Shown here piece after piece: positions 42,331 to 53,126 of a stretch of DNA of 64,000 nucleotides. Numbering within the stretch: position 1 is the first letter of the stretch; each line of letters starts with the position of its first letter. Under the pieces are notes generated by a model. The model was given only the letters and a program-made list of their open reading frames with translations. It was not told where the DNA came from and ran no database searches. The translations under genes and the position numbers were made by a program. The DNA is from Williopsis jadinii (Eukaryota): NCBI GenBank assembly GCA_024346625.1, contig AP024665.1:1922001-1986000 (forward strand). Reading direction: 5' to 3'.

Positions 42331-44646
42331 TCATAATAACGCACTAATTGCATCTTTCAAAACTTTGAGATTTTTCCGTCTTTCATCATCTTCAACTCCA
42401 TTTGCGTAGTTATGCAAACTCAACTGGAATTGATTTAACAAATCCTTAGTTTGCTCCAAGTCTAAGTCACCTGTGGTCCATTTCGTTATAAACACATCTA
42501 TCTCCCTTTGCAGTAAGTCCAACTCTTCGCGACGAGATTCGTTTAAAGTGCCAATTCTGTCGTCCAGCCAGTTCCAAACAACGGCTTCACTGTTAACTCT
42601 TCTGGATGGGTCACCTTCAATGCTGTTATCATTCCCATCAACAAAGTCAAATACGAGACGAGAACTTCCGTTTAATCCTCTCAGAATTTGGAACTGAAGA
42701 ACAACAATCAATGATAGTAACACAATGACCAATACATTGAAAATAGACACGCCCTCCAATATGGTGGTGATCGGTGAAGTGGAAGGCAATACTGTCTCCA
42801 CTGGAGAACCCGCTAGTTCAGCCTTCTCTTGTTCTTCCTGTTCTTCCTCGTCTGCTTTAACAGCTGTAGAAACTTCCTCTGTACTTTCTTGAATATTTTC
42901 CTCCAAAACTTCTTTAATCTTATCTAGTAACGCCTTTGCAGCAGATTCTTGCCCACCTTTCGTACTCTTCTCAATGATACTTTTCATCCAACTAGATCCA
43001 GTCCAATGAACCCAGTAAGAGATGACCAAGTCTGTGGTGTTTCCTTTACCCCAGGTCATGATATATCTTGTCTTTACACAGAATGCGTTTCCTGATGGAA
43101 CGTCAGGTGTCTGGGTCGTGTTAACAACGTTTATGTAACCATCAGTATCGTAATGTTCAATGGTCTCAGTTACTATACATCTGGTCTGTTTAGGACCAAC
43201 TGAGTAGTTCAAATCCTTGATATATTCATAATGTCTTTCTTTCTTCTTGTCTGCATTGGTTTCATATTCAGAAACGTCACTAAAATCTCGGGAGTCCTGT
43301 GTCCTCAAAAACTCATTAAGCATTGTGAAGTTAGATCCAAATAAGAACTCGTATAGAACACCTGGGGGACAATTCAGATTAACTCTGGCCAATATTGTTT
43401 CCTTGTTATCCTCTGGTTTGTACGGACAATGTGTTACCCCGTGCCCATGAGCACCAATATACGAATACTTCGAATCTGGCTTTAAAACATGGACTTTTTG
43501 ATTTGAAACCTTTTCCTCAACAACTTCAGAGTTGTCAGACTGTTCTTCTTCAATGTCATCGCTTGTCATTGAAGACTTTCTAGAATTGTCACTGTCGAGT
43601 GACATTAGAGCGCCCCCATATGCAGTGTACAAAGAAGAATCCTGATCTAAGTCAAGTCCCTTTGATAGAACTGGCATACCATTCAACTGTAGCAACGAGG
43701 AGACTTGAGATGTTTTTGTATCTCCTGAATCGTCGGTTGTTGAAGGTACACCTCCAGATGCTTTCCAAACAGTTTCAAGGAATTCAAAGACTCCATCTCT
43801 TGAAATAAAACTTGCAAACGAATTCTTACCTTCTTTGGAGGATATAGCGATGCCGTTAGGGAATAAACCAACAGTTGAAGTCTTTTCAAAGCCTGTGATA
43901 TCTGGTAGTGGTATCACCAAATTAGTCACCCACCCCAACAAATTAGAATTGAAACATATGTTATGTTCGGAAACATAAACTCGTCCTTGGAGTAGGATAT
44001 CACGGCTCAGCGCACAACTGAAATCATCCAACAACCGATCGCTTTGCGAAACAGATTTGAATAGCTTGTGGAATTCTTCGTTACGTGGGATTGTAGCGTA
44101 CCTGTAATCGGTATCTTTGAATTTCTCTTCGACGTATAGGTTTGTATCGTAGGAAAACGTCGTATACGGTTTGGGTGCCTCTGTCAGGGGCGAAGTAATA
44201 TCGATAGAGCTGGTGCTTGCACCTCTTTTCTTCGCCCTTGGAGTTCTTCTATAACTCATCATAGTGGGTGAAGTGACAGAATTCGTGCTCTCATCCTTCT
44301 TCTCAGATAGAGAGGTAAGAACGCTATCTAAAAACCCAGAATTCGAACTCGGTGTAGCAACTTCTGTTGGGGCCTCAGCGTGATCCTCTGTGGTAAATGG
44401 TCCTGCAGGCGAGGACTTGGTATTTACAGTTGAGCTGTTACCGTTGACACCAGCAAACTTACTATCATTGCTGGACTGTGACGTCCTCCGTATCAACCCA
44501 ACGCTCTTGTTGATATCCCTGTCGGAGCTATGCTTCGACACATAAACAGGTGCTTGTAGCCTCTTCTCCAGTTCTCCTTGTGAATCTTGTGCCTCTGGAG
44601 AGCTTGATAGTGACCAAACACTCTCATTGACGAGTGGATCATCCAT
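42331..44646 (-). CDS. LAM6: Membrane-contact sterol transfer protein (GRAM + StARkin/VASt + TM), Lam5/Lam6-like, 771 aa
   Basis: RNEEFHKLF…DDFSCALSRDILLQGRVYVS…FNSNLLGW (GRAM); TQTPDVPSGNAF (VASt). First ATG 44646. Confidence 0.82.
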   Translation of the reverse strand: MDDPLVNESVWSLSSSPEAQDSQGELEKRLQAPVYVSKHSSDRDINKSVGLIRRTSQSSNDSKFAGVNGNSSTVNTKSSPAGPFTTEDHAEAPTEVATPSSNSGFLDSVLTSLSEKKDESTNSVTSPTMMSYRRTPRAKKRGASTSSIDITSPLTEAPKPYTTFSYDTNLYVEEKFKDTDYRYATIPRNEEFHKLFKSVSQSDRLLDDFSCALSRDILLQGRVYVSEHNICFNSNLLGWVTNLVIPLPDITGFEKTSTVGLFPNGIAISSKEGKNSFASFISRDGVFEFLETVWKASGGVPSTTDDSGDTKTSQVSSLLQLNGMPVLSKGLDLDQDSSLYTAYGGALMSLDSDNSRKSSMTSDDIEEEQSDNSEVVEEKVSNQKVHVLKPDSKYSYIGAHGHGVTHCPYKPEDNKETILARVNLNCPPGVLYEFLFGSNFTMLNEFLRTQDSRDFSDVSEYETNADKKKERHYEYIKDLNYSVGPKQTRCIVTETIEHYDTDGYINVVNTTQTPDVPSGNAFCVKTRYIMTWGKGNTTDLVISYWVHWTGSSWMKSIIEKSTKGGQESAAKALLDKIKEVLEENIQESTEEVSTAVKADEEEQEEQEKAELAGSPVETVLPSTSPITTILEGVSIFNVLVIVLLSLIVVLQFQILRGLNGSSRLVFDFVDGNDNSIEGDPSRRVNSEAVVWNWLDDRIGTLNESRREELDLLQREIDVFITKWTTGDLDLEQTKDLLNQFQLSLHNYANGVEDDERRKNLKVLKDAISALL

Positions 44647-44854
44647 GACAGTTAAAGCTATCAACTCCTTTTGATGTTTTAAGTATGGAGGATCGTTCAA
44701 TTTGTACTCACAAATTCACTTGTTTTTCTCCGTTTTGTCGTAAAAGACTCACAAAAAAAAAGCAAACCCGGGGTACTACAGATATCAAGCACATATCCGG
44801 CAAGAACAAAAACAGAGAGAGAATGAGAGGAAATCGTTTTGAAATGTACTTGCC

Positions 44855-47800
44855 TCACTGTTTTCTCATTGCTAACTTCGCTAACCGTTCCGTCGCTACA
44901 CTGTTCAGGACCCTTGCGCGTTCTTTCAGTCTGCTGTGTACGAAATCCCTTTCATCTTTACAGATGAGGATTCTCAGAACAGCATCCTCGAGGTCCAATT
45001 GTGTGCTTTGTGATTTGGGTGTGCTCTGTTCTCTTCTCTTTTTTGATCCGAATGCAACAATGGTACCGGATCTCTTGAAGGGATCATCTAACATGACGTT
45101 GCGTTCCTTTATGGCACTGATACAGGCAGGTGTCCATTCATCAACGAGGTTCTTGAGCCTTGTTGCTGACATGTCGTAATATTCGACAATTTGGTGTAGT
45201 TTCTTGTAATGCTTGTTGTGCATAACAGTAAGAGGAGGCCCATTCCCATTGTTGTGGAAAAATTCCACCAGGGAATCTAGCCATAGTTGAATAACTTTGA
45301 TTTCGTCCAATGTCAACACTTTACCATAGCCCGGTATGCCTCGATCAATAACAGTGAATGTCCATTTGTTGTTGAGTTGAAGTTTCCTGGATGCGCTCAA
45401 AGGAGGTAAAGCCAATGAATCGAGTGTGTCAAGAACAATGTTCCATGATTGGAGCATAACTTTGATTAACAACTCCGGAGTAAGGGTCATGGCCAACGTT
45501 TGTAGGTTTGCATTAAGATAATCGTACAACGGTTCAAGTGCGTTATACGCAGATGTGGGATCAGCAGAAGAGCATAGCTTCAAGGTATCCCTTGACAAGC
45601 ACTGTGTGATAAAGACAGAAAACTTGTCAACAATTTTAGAGATAACCATATCAACGGATCTTAAGATTGTTCTGTGTGCCTTTCCCATGTAAAAAATTGC
45701 ATCGTTCTTCTCAGATTCTAGAGATATCTCCAGGTTCAATGAACCTTGGATATCAAAATCTTTGGTCATAGATACTGGCTCACCGTTTGGATTGAACCTC
45801 TCTGGATTGAGGAAGACCAATGTACGCCCAATCATCTTATCATACTGAGAGGAAGATTTCTCCCAAAGTGAGAATGATAGTTTAACTTCTTCGTGAGTCT
45901 CAAGTTCAAAGATCTGATCAAACCTTGGGTTAATAGGATTGGTCGATAATGTAGTACTTCCAATTTCCATTTTTGTCGATGTGTTATTTATGCTGACATA
46001 TGTGCTGGAATTGGCATCTGATGATTTAATGTTTTCTGCATCAATGACTCGTATGGTGAAAACAGAGCTTCCTTTCTTCTGTGCAACGTTCTCAAGTGTA
46101 TCGTGCAAGATACGCCTGACTTGCTCTGGATTTATGGTCATTTCCAGTTGAACAAGTTGATGGACTAACTCCGATAAATCATTCAACACAACACAGGTCT
46201 CAGTCTTGAAGTTAAAAGGTTGTGGAACCTGGGTATTATTTTTGAAAATCCAGAGTGATTTCCTCTTATCTTCAACAGTGACTGGATCACGTAAGTCATG
46301 TTCAACTTTGCTGATAAGAGTAAAACAGTATGTACTGATTGACTGGGAGAAGTGCTTCAGCAACTTTGTGTAGACGTATGCCAGTTGAATATCGTTCTTC
46401 CAATGGTACTTCTGAACTAGGGACCACATTTCATTTACCATCTTCTTAACATCCAGTGCACTTTGGCTGAACATTCTTCCAGCATCACGATCCATTGGTT
46501 GGAAATTATCCGCTTCGATGGCTCTTTCTGTAACAGGAATGAAATTTTCTCCTATATCATCTGTAAATTCGTCAAAGTATTGGAAGAATCGTTTCTCCAA
46601 CTCAATTGGAAATGGGTCTTTTGAGATTTGAGAATAGACGTCCCTCAGTTGGTTCAACTGACTGTAGCAGTCCATGGCTTCGACGTTATTCACTGGTGAC
46701 TTCAGTGCATAATGTTCAATATGTTTCAACATGTTCTTAGTATCCTCACCAAAGAATCGTATGAAGAGCAACGCACATTCCCTTGGAATATTTATCTGGT
46801 CTAACAAAGGTTTAGGGTACCTCTTCTGCAAAGTTCGAACCATTTCGTAAATTTTATACGAAACGTCTTCAATATGATTAAACGAGAGGGAATTGTCTCT
46901 TGGTACTGATTGTAAAAATTCAACGTATTTCTTCTCCGTGGTCGATAACAGTGTATTTTTCAGTCTTTTTATCCATCTGGGAGATGGAATCTCTTGAAAG
47001 AATGAGTAGTATATCTGAAGTAACGGGGAGAACTTGGGGAAGGTGAAGATGTCTTGCAATGTCGAACGCAATTCCATCATTAGCCTATTGAGAGATTCAT
47101 CCCAGTTCGCATCATTTTCTGACTTGTTATGTTTGGTCCATAGAGGGTCCACGTCTGAGCAGATTGTAAAGATCTTCTCTGAAAGTTCCGTGCTGTAGAA
47201 ATCCGATTTCAAAACAGTTTCATTGGCAACTTTGTGCAAAATTACGTTTCTCGAGTTCTGGTCAATTCTCCAATATTTGCAACATTTCTCAACCAATGGG
47301 AAACCGCCGTATAGCGTATCGTTTGTAAACATATGCTTTATCAAATCTTGTAGTGCCATCTCCGGATCCTGTGGTATTACACCTCCTCCCATTGCCTTCC
47401 CCTTCATGAGTCCGTTTATCTCGGAGATCTGTATATTTCTCCATTCAAAGTACAGCTCAGGTGTATCAAAGGAGTCAGGGTTGACCCTGTACGTGTTCGA
47501 GGTCAGTTGTTGTTTTATTGTAGTGAGGTCGCCATACCAATTACTCAATGTCAGCTTGGGCATAGAATCGACTTCTCTTTGTAGATTGACAGGGTCCAAG
47601 GCATACACATGTATCAGAGTTTGTGAGTCTCTGATCTGTGATACTTTATACGTAGGATTGCATGCCTCTCCGTAGAAAGTTTCCAGCTTGAGCAGGCACT
47701 GCTCTGGACTCTTACACCTCTTCAACACCCTCTTCACCACATCCAAAAAGTCCTCTAACGGGAGAGCATCTTCACCCAGCAGTTTTTGCTCTTTCTTCAT

Positions 47801-48064
47801 CAGCGTGATGTACGCCATAATGAGCTCTTCTAGCGTGTATATTCGAAAGTTCGGCGCAAGCATATCGTTGTAGAGATGAAGCATCGATCTCTTGGACAGT
47901 TGAGAATACATCGTCTTCATTATAGCGATTTTCTGGAGCTCTTGTTTCAAGAGCGGTATGAACCCTATGGGCAGCGTTGCCTTCACGATGTTGGAGACTT
48001 TCCTGAACTTGGGATCCTGTTGATGCTCCAATAGCAGCAGTTGAAGTACAGGTCTATACGACAT
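44855..48064 (-). CDS. Munc13-homology/C2-domain protein (YOR296W-like), 1069 aa
   Basis: Helical MUN-like regions around a C2 domain (FTIRVIDAENI…NPRFDQIFE); LYDYLNANL and FFHNNGNGPPL motifs; next to UAF30/RRS1. Confidence 0.8.
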   Translation of the reverse strand: MSYRPVLQLLLLEHQQDPKFRKVSNIVKATLPIGFIPLLKQELQKIAIMKTMYSQLSKRSMLHLYNDMLAPNFRIYTLEELIMAYITLMKKEQKLLGEDALPLEDFLDVVKRVLKRCKSPEQCLLKLETFYGEACNPTYKVSQIRDSQTLIHVYALDPVNLQREVDSMPKLTLSNWYGDLTTIKQQLTSNTYRVNPDSFDTPELYFEWRNIQISEINGLMKGKAMGGGVIPQDPEMALQDLIKHMFTNDTLYGGFPLVEKCCKYWRIDQNSRNVILHKVANETVLKSDFYSTELSEKIFTICSDVDPLWTKHNKSENDANWDESLNRLMMELRSTLQDIFTFPKFSPLLQIYYSFFQEIPSPRWIKRLKNTLLSTTEKKYVEFLQSVPRDNSLSFNHIEDVSYKIYEMVRTLQKRYPKPLLDQINIPRECALLFIRFFGEDTKNMLKHIEHYALKSPVNNVEAMDCYSQLNQLRDVYSQISKDPFPIELEKRFFQYFDEFTDDIGENFIPVTERAIEADNFQPMDRDAGRMFSQSALDVKKMVNEMWSLVQKYHWKNDIQLAYVYTKLLKHFSQSISTYCFTLISKVEHDLRDPVTVEDKRKSLWIFKNNTQVPQPFNFKTETCVVLNDLSELVHQLVQLEMTINPEQVRRILHDTLENVAQKKGSSVFTIRVIDAENIKSSDANSSTYVSINNTSTKMEIGSTTLSTNPINPRFDQIFELETHEEVKLSFSLWEKSSSQYDKMIGRTLVFLNPERFNPNGEPVSMTKDFDIQGSLNLEISLESEKNDAIFYMGKAHRTILRSVDMVISKIVDKFSVFITQCLSRDTLKLCSSADPTSAYNALEPLYDYLNANLQTLAMTLTPELLIKVMLQSWNIVLDTLDSLALPPLSASRKLQLNNKWTFTVIDRGIPGYGKVLTLDEIKVIQLWLDSLVEFFHNNGNGPPLTVMHNKHYKKLHQIVEYYDMSATRLKNLVDEWTPACISAIKERNVMLDDPFKRSGTIVAFGSKKRREQSTPKSQSTQLDLEDAVLRILICKDERDFVHSRLKERARVLNSVATERLAKLAMRKQ

Positions 48065-48104
48065 CTTAACGCCGACAATGTAGCTAAGCGCTGTGGTGTT
48101 TGTT

Positions 48105-48114
48105 TAGCCGCCGA
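48105..48114. promoter_or_regulatory. URS1 (Ume6) consensus TAGCCGCCGA
   Basis: Full 10-bp match 41-50 bp upstream of the Munc13-like ATG. Confidence 0.5.
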
Positions 48115-48271
48115 TCGGTTCAAGACCTTTGTTTATTTTTCGGAAATGTTTTGATGTTTTGGGCCGTTACTGTTACTCCACGGTGTCTCATTGTCTACAA
48201 ATTTGTTCAGATTCAATGATTAAACAGTTAAATACACGCTGGTTATTAGTTATGATAATACAAGTCCTTGT

Positions 48272-48851
48272 TCATTCGTCATCTTTGTACAAATGCGCAC
48301 TTAGTGCTTTGTTCAGCTTGAACATGGTTGTCTTCTTACCAAAGATTTCACTCATCTTGTCATCGCACAAGATTTCTCTTCGATCGTTTGGATTCTGCAA
48401 GTTATGCTCCTTTATGTAGTCCCATACTCTCTTCACCACTTGTGTTCGAGGCAGTCTAGTCTCACCCAGCAGGTTGGTGAGTTTGGGGCTCAGATTCAAC
48501 TCTAACGAAGATATTGAGGTCGTTCTAGGGACCGTGGACTCACTCTTGACCTGTTTCTTTCTCTTAGCGACTGGCTTCTTCACCTTTTTGGCAGCAGGCT
48601 CTCCAGACGATTCCCTCTCCTCGTACAAATGGAATCGTGATAGAATAAGCTCGTTGATCTGAGCTTTATTCTCTACAAATTCCACCGCATACAGTTCTTG
48701 TAGGGCCTTTCTTATCCTCTTCACTGAAACCTGCTCGAAATCAGAAGCCGAGAGAATCGCCTACTCGATCCTTGTTAGTACAGCATTTTCCAGAGACACC
48801 ACGTCCCATACTTACGTCTATCATAGGTATGTATCTATCCAGCGAGGACAT
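48272..48851 (-). CDS. UAF30: DEK-C + SWIB protein Uaf30/Tri1; exons 48851-48816 and 48760-48272, 174 aa
   Basis: MSSLDRYIPMID|AILSASDFEQVSVKRIRKAL; 55-nt intron GTAAGT…TACTAAC…TAG; SWIB motif RTQVVKRVWDYIKEHNLQNP. Confidence 0.88.
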
Positions 48852-49032
48852 CGTCTTCACCACAGTCCATAACGCTTGCCGGTAAAGCATAATGGTAAAG
48901 TATTAGGGGACAGTAAAACATTTACGAGGTAGCGGAAAGCGTGCAATAGAACTGTGCTTATGTAACATCTTACTAAGCAGAATGGTTATGAAGCGTTTGG
49001 CTTTTTTTTGCTTCAATGCAAGCCCAGCATAA

Positions 49033-49051
49033 AAAAATTTCACCTCATCGC
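49033..49051. promoter_or_regulatory. RRPE and PAC in the RRS1/UAF30 divergent promoter
   Basis: AAAAATTTCA (49033-49042) and CTCATCGC (49044-49051). Confidence 0.75.
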
Positions 49052-49108
49052 AAAACTTTTTTAACGAGACATATTGATTTTGAAACAGGTATAAAGATCT
49101 ATCAACCA

Positions 49109-49747
49109 ATGTCTGAGTATGTCACCACCTTTCGGTATTCATTTGTCCCTAGACCTCACTAACAAGTTCTTTCAAGAAGCAAACCGGTTACCGTTGAAAA
49201 ACTAATCCCAGTGTCTTATGACCTGGGTAACTTGGCTGTATTTGATACCAACGCACTAGAGAACGAGAAACTCTCTTCGAATTGCTCTGAAAGAGAAGAG
49301 TATTTACAGTCCATAGCAAGAGACAATACGCAACTCTTGATTAATCAGATTCTGTCATTACCTTTGAGAACAACAACAGATAACGAGGCCACATTGACTC
49401 TTGTTCAGCTGCCTGAACCAATAACGGAATTACCAAGAGAGAAGCCATTGCCAAAGGCTAAAGAGCCAACTAAATGGGAATTGTTTGCTAAGAAGAAAGG
49501 TATTAAAGCCAAGGAGAAATCGGGTAAGATGGTCTATGACGAAGCTACTGGTGAATGGGTTCCAAAATGGGGTTATAAAGGTAAGAATAAAGATTTGGAT
49601 GACCAATGGCTCGTTGAAATTGATGATAAGGTAAAGGGTACAGAGGATGAACTCATCGATCCAAGAAGTTTGAACAGAGCAGAGAGAAAGAAACTTGTAA
49701 AGAAGAACTTATTGCAACAAAAACGTAACTTGAAGAATAACAGTTGA
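49109..49747 (+). CDS. RRS1: Ribosome biogenesis regulator Rrs1; exons 49109-49116 and 49177-49747, about 192 aa
   Basis: PVTVEK…YDLGNL, LPREKPLPK, TKWELFAKKKGI, WVPKWGYKG; intron GTATGT…CACTAAC…AAG. Confidence 0.93.
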
Positions 49748-49793
49748 AGAGCACTTATGTATAATTGATCGTGATGATAATAATAAACCTGGG

Positions 49794-51212
49794 CTATACA
49801 CCAAACAGACGACGAACAACTTTGCTCTCTGGAATTCCTTTGAATTCCTTCATGGCTTGTTTTGTAGTATACTTTGACATGGCGTACATCTCAATTATGT
49901 CAAAGTTATCACCAATGATCTTCAGCTTCTTGCCATCACACATCATACAAAACCACCTTTCGACGAACTGTATGTACATTAGTACAACTTGTTCTTCAAA
50001 CTGGGCCAATATAGATAGGAAATCAGGTAATTCATCAAGAATCAGGTTCTTTATTTTCCTTTGTTGAGTAGATTTATGCCTCTTTATGAGCTTCCCAATG
50101 TTCTCGCAGCTCTCAAGCATCATCCCCAAGGCTCTGAGAACACGTTCGTTGAATTCCACAACCATTCTATGCGTCGTACTTTCTTGCTCTCCCAATTTGT
50201 TAAGATACGACTGGTATATCGATCTGATATATCGTTCATCACAGTCATCCTCGTATTCCATGAACCGTTCCCATTTAACAGTGAGATTCTTCTGGTATTG
50301 GAGAAACTTCAACATTGGTAAGCCTATTTGTTGGAAACTTTGAAATAGCAAAGTTAACGAATGATGTTTCCTGTTGAATGTGCTCACTAGGTTCTCCAAT
50401 CCATCTTCAGTCTCAACATCATGGGTCCTTGAAACGGAGTCAATCAGTCCCTCTAATGCTCGCTTCTCATCGTGTAACACGGTAACTCTTACTTGGTCAT
50501 CACAAGTCAACAGCTTAGAATTAATGATCTTTAGATATTCTTGTAATCTCTTCTCTGGACTATTCAATGCATAAGATAGTCTCATTTTCGTATTAAACTC
50601 ACATTCATCCAACCAATCCCAAACATTGGTATCCATTAGACCTTCCAGAGCATCTGGATCAGGATAACGCACTTTTTGTAGTTCTTTGATATGTGAGAAG
50701 AGTGCCTCGATACCGTGCGATTGGAGAAGCCTCACAAAGGTTAAACTCAGTTCTATAAGTGACGTTAAGTCCCCAAATACCTGGTATTCCATCTTAGACG
50801 TGAGAATGTGTGCATATTTCGTGTGCAAGTACTTCCTGTATATCTGGGCGATACGTAATCGACTCAAGAGCTGGTTTTCCTCTAAAACGATATCATCAAT
50901 GTAATATACATCATTACTGGGCTCACGTTTGGAATCTTCTATGCGAATGTCGAGAGATTTGGTTCTCTTCGGGAACTGATAACTCTCTGGGAAATGAGTT
51001 CGTTCCGGATAAAGCCTCGTGTTTTCTCTCGTAACCTTTTCATTGATGGCTTTAATGGTTGTATTACCGACTTCGCCTCTGGTGTTAATCCATAGTGATT
51101 TGGAATATGGGTTGAAGGTTGTTGGAAGGTCGCTCGCAATTGGTTCTGCTTCTTCATTTGATGAGTCCGAGTAAATTGACAAGACCGATGAGTAGATAGA
51201 AGATGTTGACAT
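49794..51212 (-). CDS. FUS2: Fus2-like cell-fusion protein (degenerate Dbl-homology and helical region), 472 aa
   Basis: DH-like segments (IDDIVLEE…VFGD…LNSPEKRLQEY); C-terminal KVVRRLFGV; between TRI1/UAF30 and PEP5 like YMR232W; upstream PRE. Confidence 0.68.
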   Translation of the reverse strand: MSTSSIYSSVLSIYSDSSNEEAEPIASDLPTTFNPYSKSLWINTRGEVGNTTIKAINEKVTRENTRLYPERTHFPESYQFPKRTKSLDIRIEDSKREPSNDVYYIDDIVLEENQLLSRLRIAQIYRKYLHTKYAHILTSKMEYQVFGDLTSLIELSLTFVRLLQSHGIEALFSHIKELQKVRYPDPDALEGLMDTNVWDWLDECEFNTKMRLSYALNSPEKRLQEYLKIINSKLLTCDDQVRVTVLHDEKRALEGLIDSVSRTHDVETEDGLENLVSTFNRKHHSLTLLFQSFQQIGLPMLKFLQYQKNLTVKWERFMEYEDDCDERYIRSIYQSYLNKLGEQESTTHRMVVEFNERVLRALGMMLESCENIGKLIKRHKSTQQRKIKNLILDELPDFLSILAQFEEQVVLMYIQFVERWFCMMCDGKKLKIIGDNFDIIEMYAMSKYTTKQAMKEFKGIPESKVVRRLFGV

Positions 51213-51356
51213 TCCCTGATTGTTGTGAAGGATAACTCAGCTCCAATAGGTTGAAGTTGCCTTCTCATTGAGCTTTATACCCGTTTATAATCAACCATTC
51301 AACAAAAGTTTTGTGATTGTTTTACAATTCCCCCAGATGAGTTGATGTGTCATGTT

Positions 51357-51364
51357 TGTTTCAT
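51357..51364 (-). promoter_or_regulatory. Pheromone response element (Ste12) ATGAAACA
   Basis: Consensus match about 145 bp upstream of the FUS2-like ATG. Confidence 0.55.
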
Positions 51365-51701
51365 CGATAGATTAACGGGACCAACAACTAAAAGAACAGA
51401 ACAAAAAGCAAATCACATCTGCAACAGCCCAGAGTTCAGAGAACAAGAGCTCTCTCCAGTGAGCTTTCTGAGACATCAATGATCCCCTTATTTAAGCGAT
51501 TCATCACTGAAAAGTCACTCTATCCACTAATCAAATAAAGTTGTGTTCCTACATACAAAGCCGTAGTCGCAATTATGCAATGTGAGATGCTATTTTTCCG
51601 TACGGAAAAACTCCCACAGACCGGAAAAGCTATAGAGATGAAAAATGATTACAATCTTAATACTATAGCTCACTGTACATTATAATATCACCTTTAATTG
51701 T

Positions 51702-53126
51702 TTACTTCTTCGCTTGTAACAGCTCCAAGATGCTATCCAGCTTTGAACTTACTCCCATGACCAGCTTGTGAAGCAAGTCTACTTCATCTTGGACCTGTTT
51801 CATGGAGTTGTGCCAGTTGTCAACCATCTTTTTAGAACTAGTAGTTTCCTCAATTAGACGTTGAGTCAAATTTGCTTCAAAATCTGTGACTGCCCCGGCA
51901 ATTCTTCTGATAAGGACGTCTCTGTCACCTTCAGTTCCAGTTTCATGCTCTGACGTAGAATGTGGAGGGCCTGTAATAATCGGAGGGTTGTACACCACAG
52001 CAGGACCATCAGTGTTATTTGTAGAATAAGTTTGCTGTGGTGGGTAGACGCCTTGATGTTGTATCTGAGGATATAAGTGAGGAGGAATCTGATGTTGTGA
52101 AGGGGGTAAATGAATGGTATTGAACATTGGTCCTTTTGGCTCGTGCTCGCCTAAAGGTTTCTGTGCTTGCAGGTGTGGAGGTCTAGGTGTATAACCTTGA
52201 TGTCCCTGAGGTGGTCCCTGATGTACTCCATGTAGCACTCCAGGAGGTGGTCCTTGAACCACTCCATGTGGTAATCCTTGTACTATTCCATGTGGTAGTC
52301 CTTGTACTATTCCATGTGGTGGTCCCTGAGGTGGACCAGGTGGACCGGGTGGAAAAGGATATGGACCAATGTGCATACCTGGAGGTGCCTGTGGATAATT
52401 GTGTGTAGACTGCGGTTGAGCTTCACGTTGAGCCTCAGGTTGAGCTTCAGGTTGAGCTTCAGGTTCAGCCTCAGGTTGTCCTCCCTCAGTCTCTACCTGA
52501 TTTTGAGACTCTTCTTGATCCTCCTGATCACTTGGTTTTCCTTGCAACCATACATCACCAATATCTTCATCTTCAGAGTCCATCATGTCTTCCCCATCAA
52601 GGGCACCATAATATCCGCCGTCAAGGGACGTGATCTCTTTCTTCAACTTCAAATACTTGTCTTTCTTCCGCAAAAAGTGAATCATCGAAATTATTGATTC
52701 AGGTAGTATCCTCGACTCTGTAACGGTATAGCTACCTCCAGCACGCTTAATCTCTTCTCTGGCAATCCTCTCCATGTCAATAAAGGCCCTACTCACGGAC
52801 TTTGGCGTCGCAGGTGGTTTATTGTTGTGAGTGCCCAATTTCTCAGACTGGTTGAAATCCTTTGCCAATTCACGATACATCATATGCTTCGGCTTCCTCC
52901 AAAGCTCCTTGTAAATGGCAAGTTCAACCAATTCGGTTTTCTGGTTGTCATCTCTGAAGATGAATGGCGACTTTCTCTGCTTCTTCCCATTGTCTGGCTT
53001 AAGCTCATCTCTTCCACTACAGCTACTAGCACTGGAGCCGTTTGCAACACCATTCTCGCCAGATTGTAGACTTTCACTATGAGTGGATGCTAACCTGGCA
53101 TCGGACGGTGTATCTTCCTTGCCCAT
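51702..53126 (-). CDS. Uncharacterised protein: Myb/SANT-like N-domain, Pro/Gly/His repeats, C-terminal coiled coil, 474 aa
   Basis: Long ORF, first ATG 53126; basic NLS-like KKQRK; internal tandem repeats; heptad pattern at the C-terminus. The domain call is tentative. Confidence 0.75.
   Translation of the reverse strand: MGKEDTPSDARLASTHSESLQSGENGVANGSSASSCSGRDELKPDNGKKQRKSPFIFRDDNQKTELVELAIYKELWRKPKHMMYRELAKDFNQSEKLGTHNNKPPATPKSVSRAFIDMERIAREEIKRAGGSYTVTESRILPESIISMIHFLRKKDKYLKLKKEITSLDGGYYGALDGEDMMDSEDEDIGDVWLQGKPSDQEDQEESQNQVETEGGQPEAEPEAQPEAQPEAQREAQPQSTHNYPQAPPGMHIGPYPFPPGPPGPPQGPPHGIVQGLPHGIVQGLPHGVVQGPPPGVLHGVHQGPPQGHQGYTPRPPHLQAQKPLGEHEPKGPMFNTIHLPPSQHQIPPHLYPQIQHQGVYPPQQTYSTNNTDGPAVVYNPPIITGPPHSTSEHETGTEGDRDVLIRRIAGAVTDFEANLTQRLIEETTSSKKMVDNWHNSMKQVQDEVDLLHKLVMGVSSKLDSILELLQAKK
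52203..52477 (-). repeat. Coding repeats: 24-bp (PHGIVQGL)n and 12-bp (QPEA)n
   Basis: ccatgtggtagtccttgtactatt units and ggttgagcttca units on the + strand. Confidence 0.82.
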
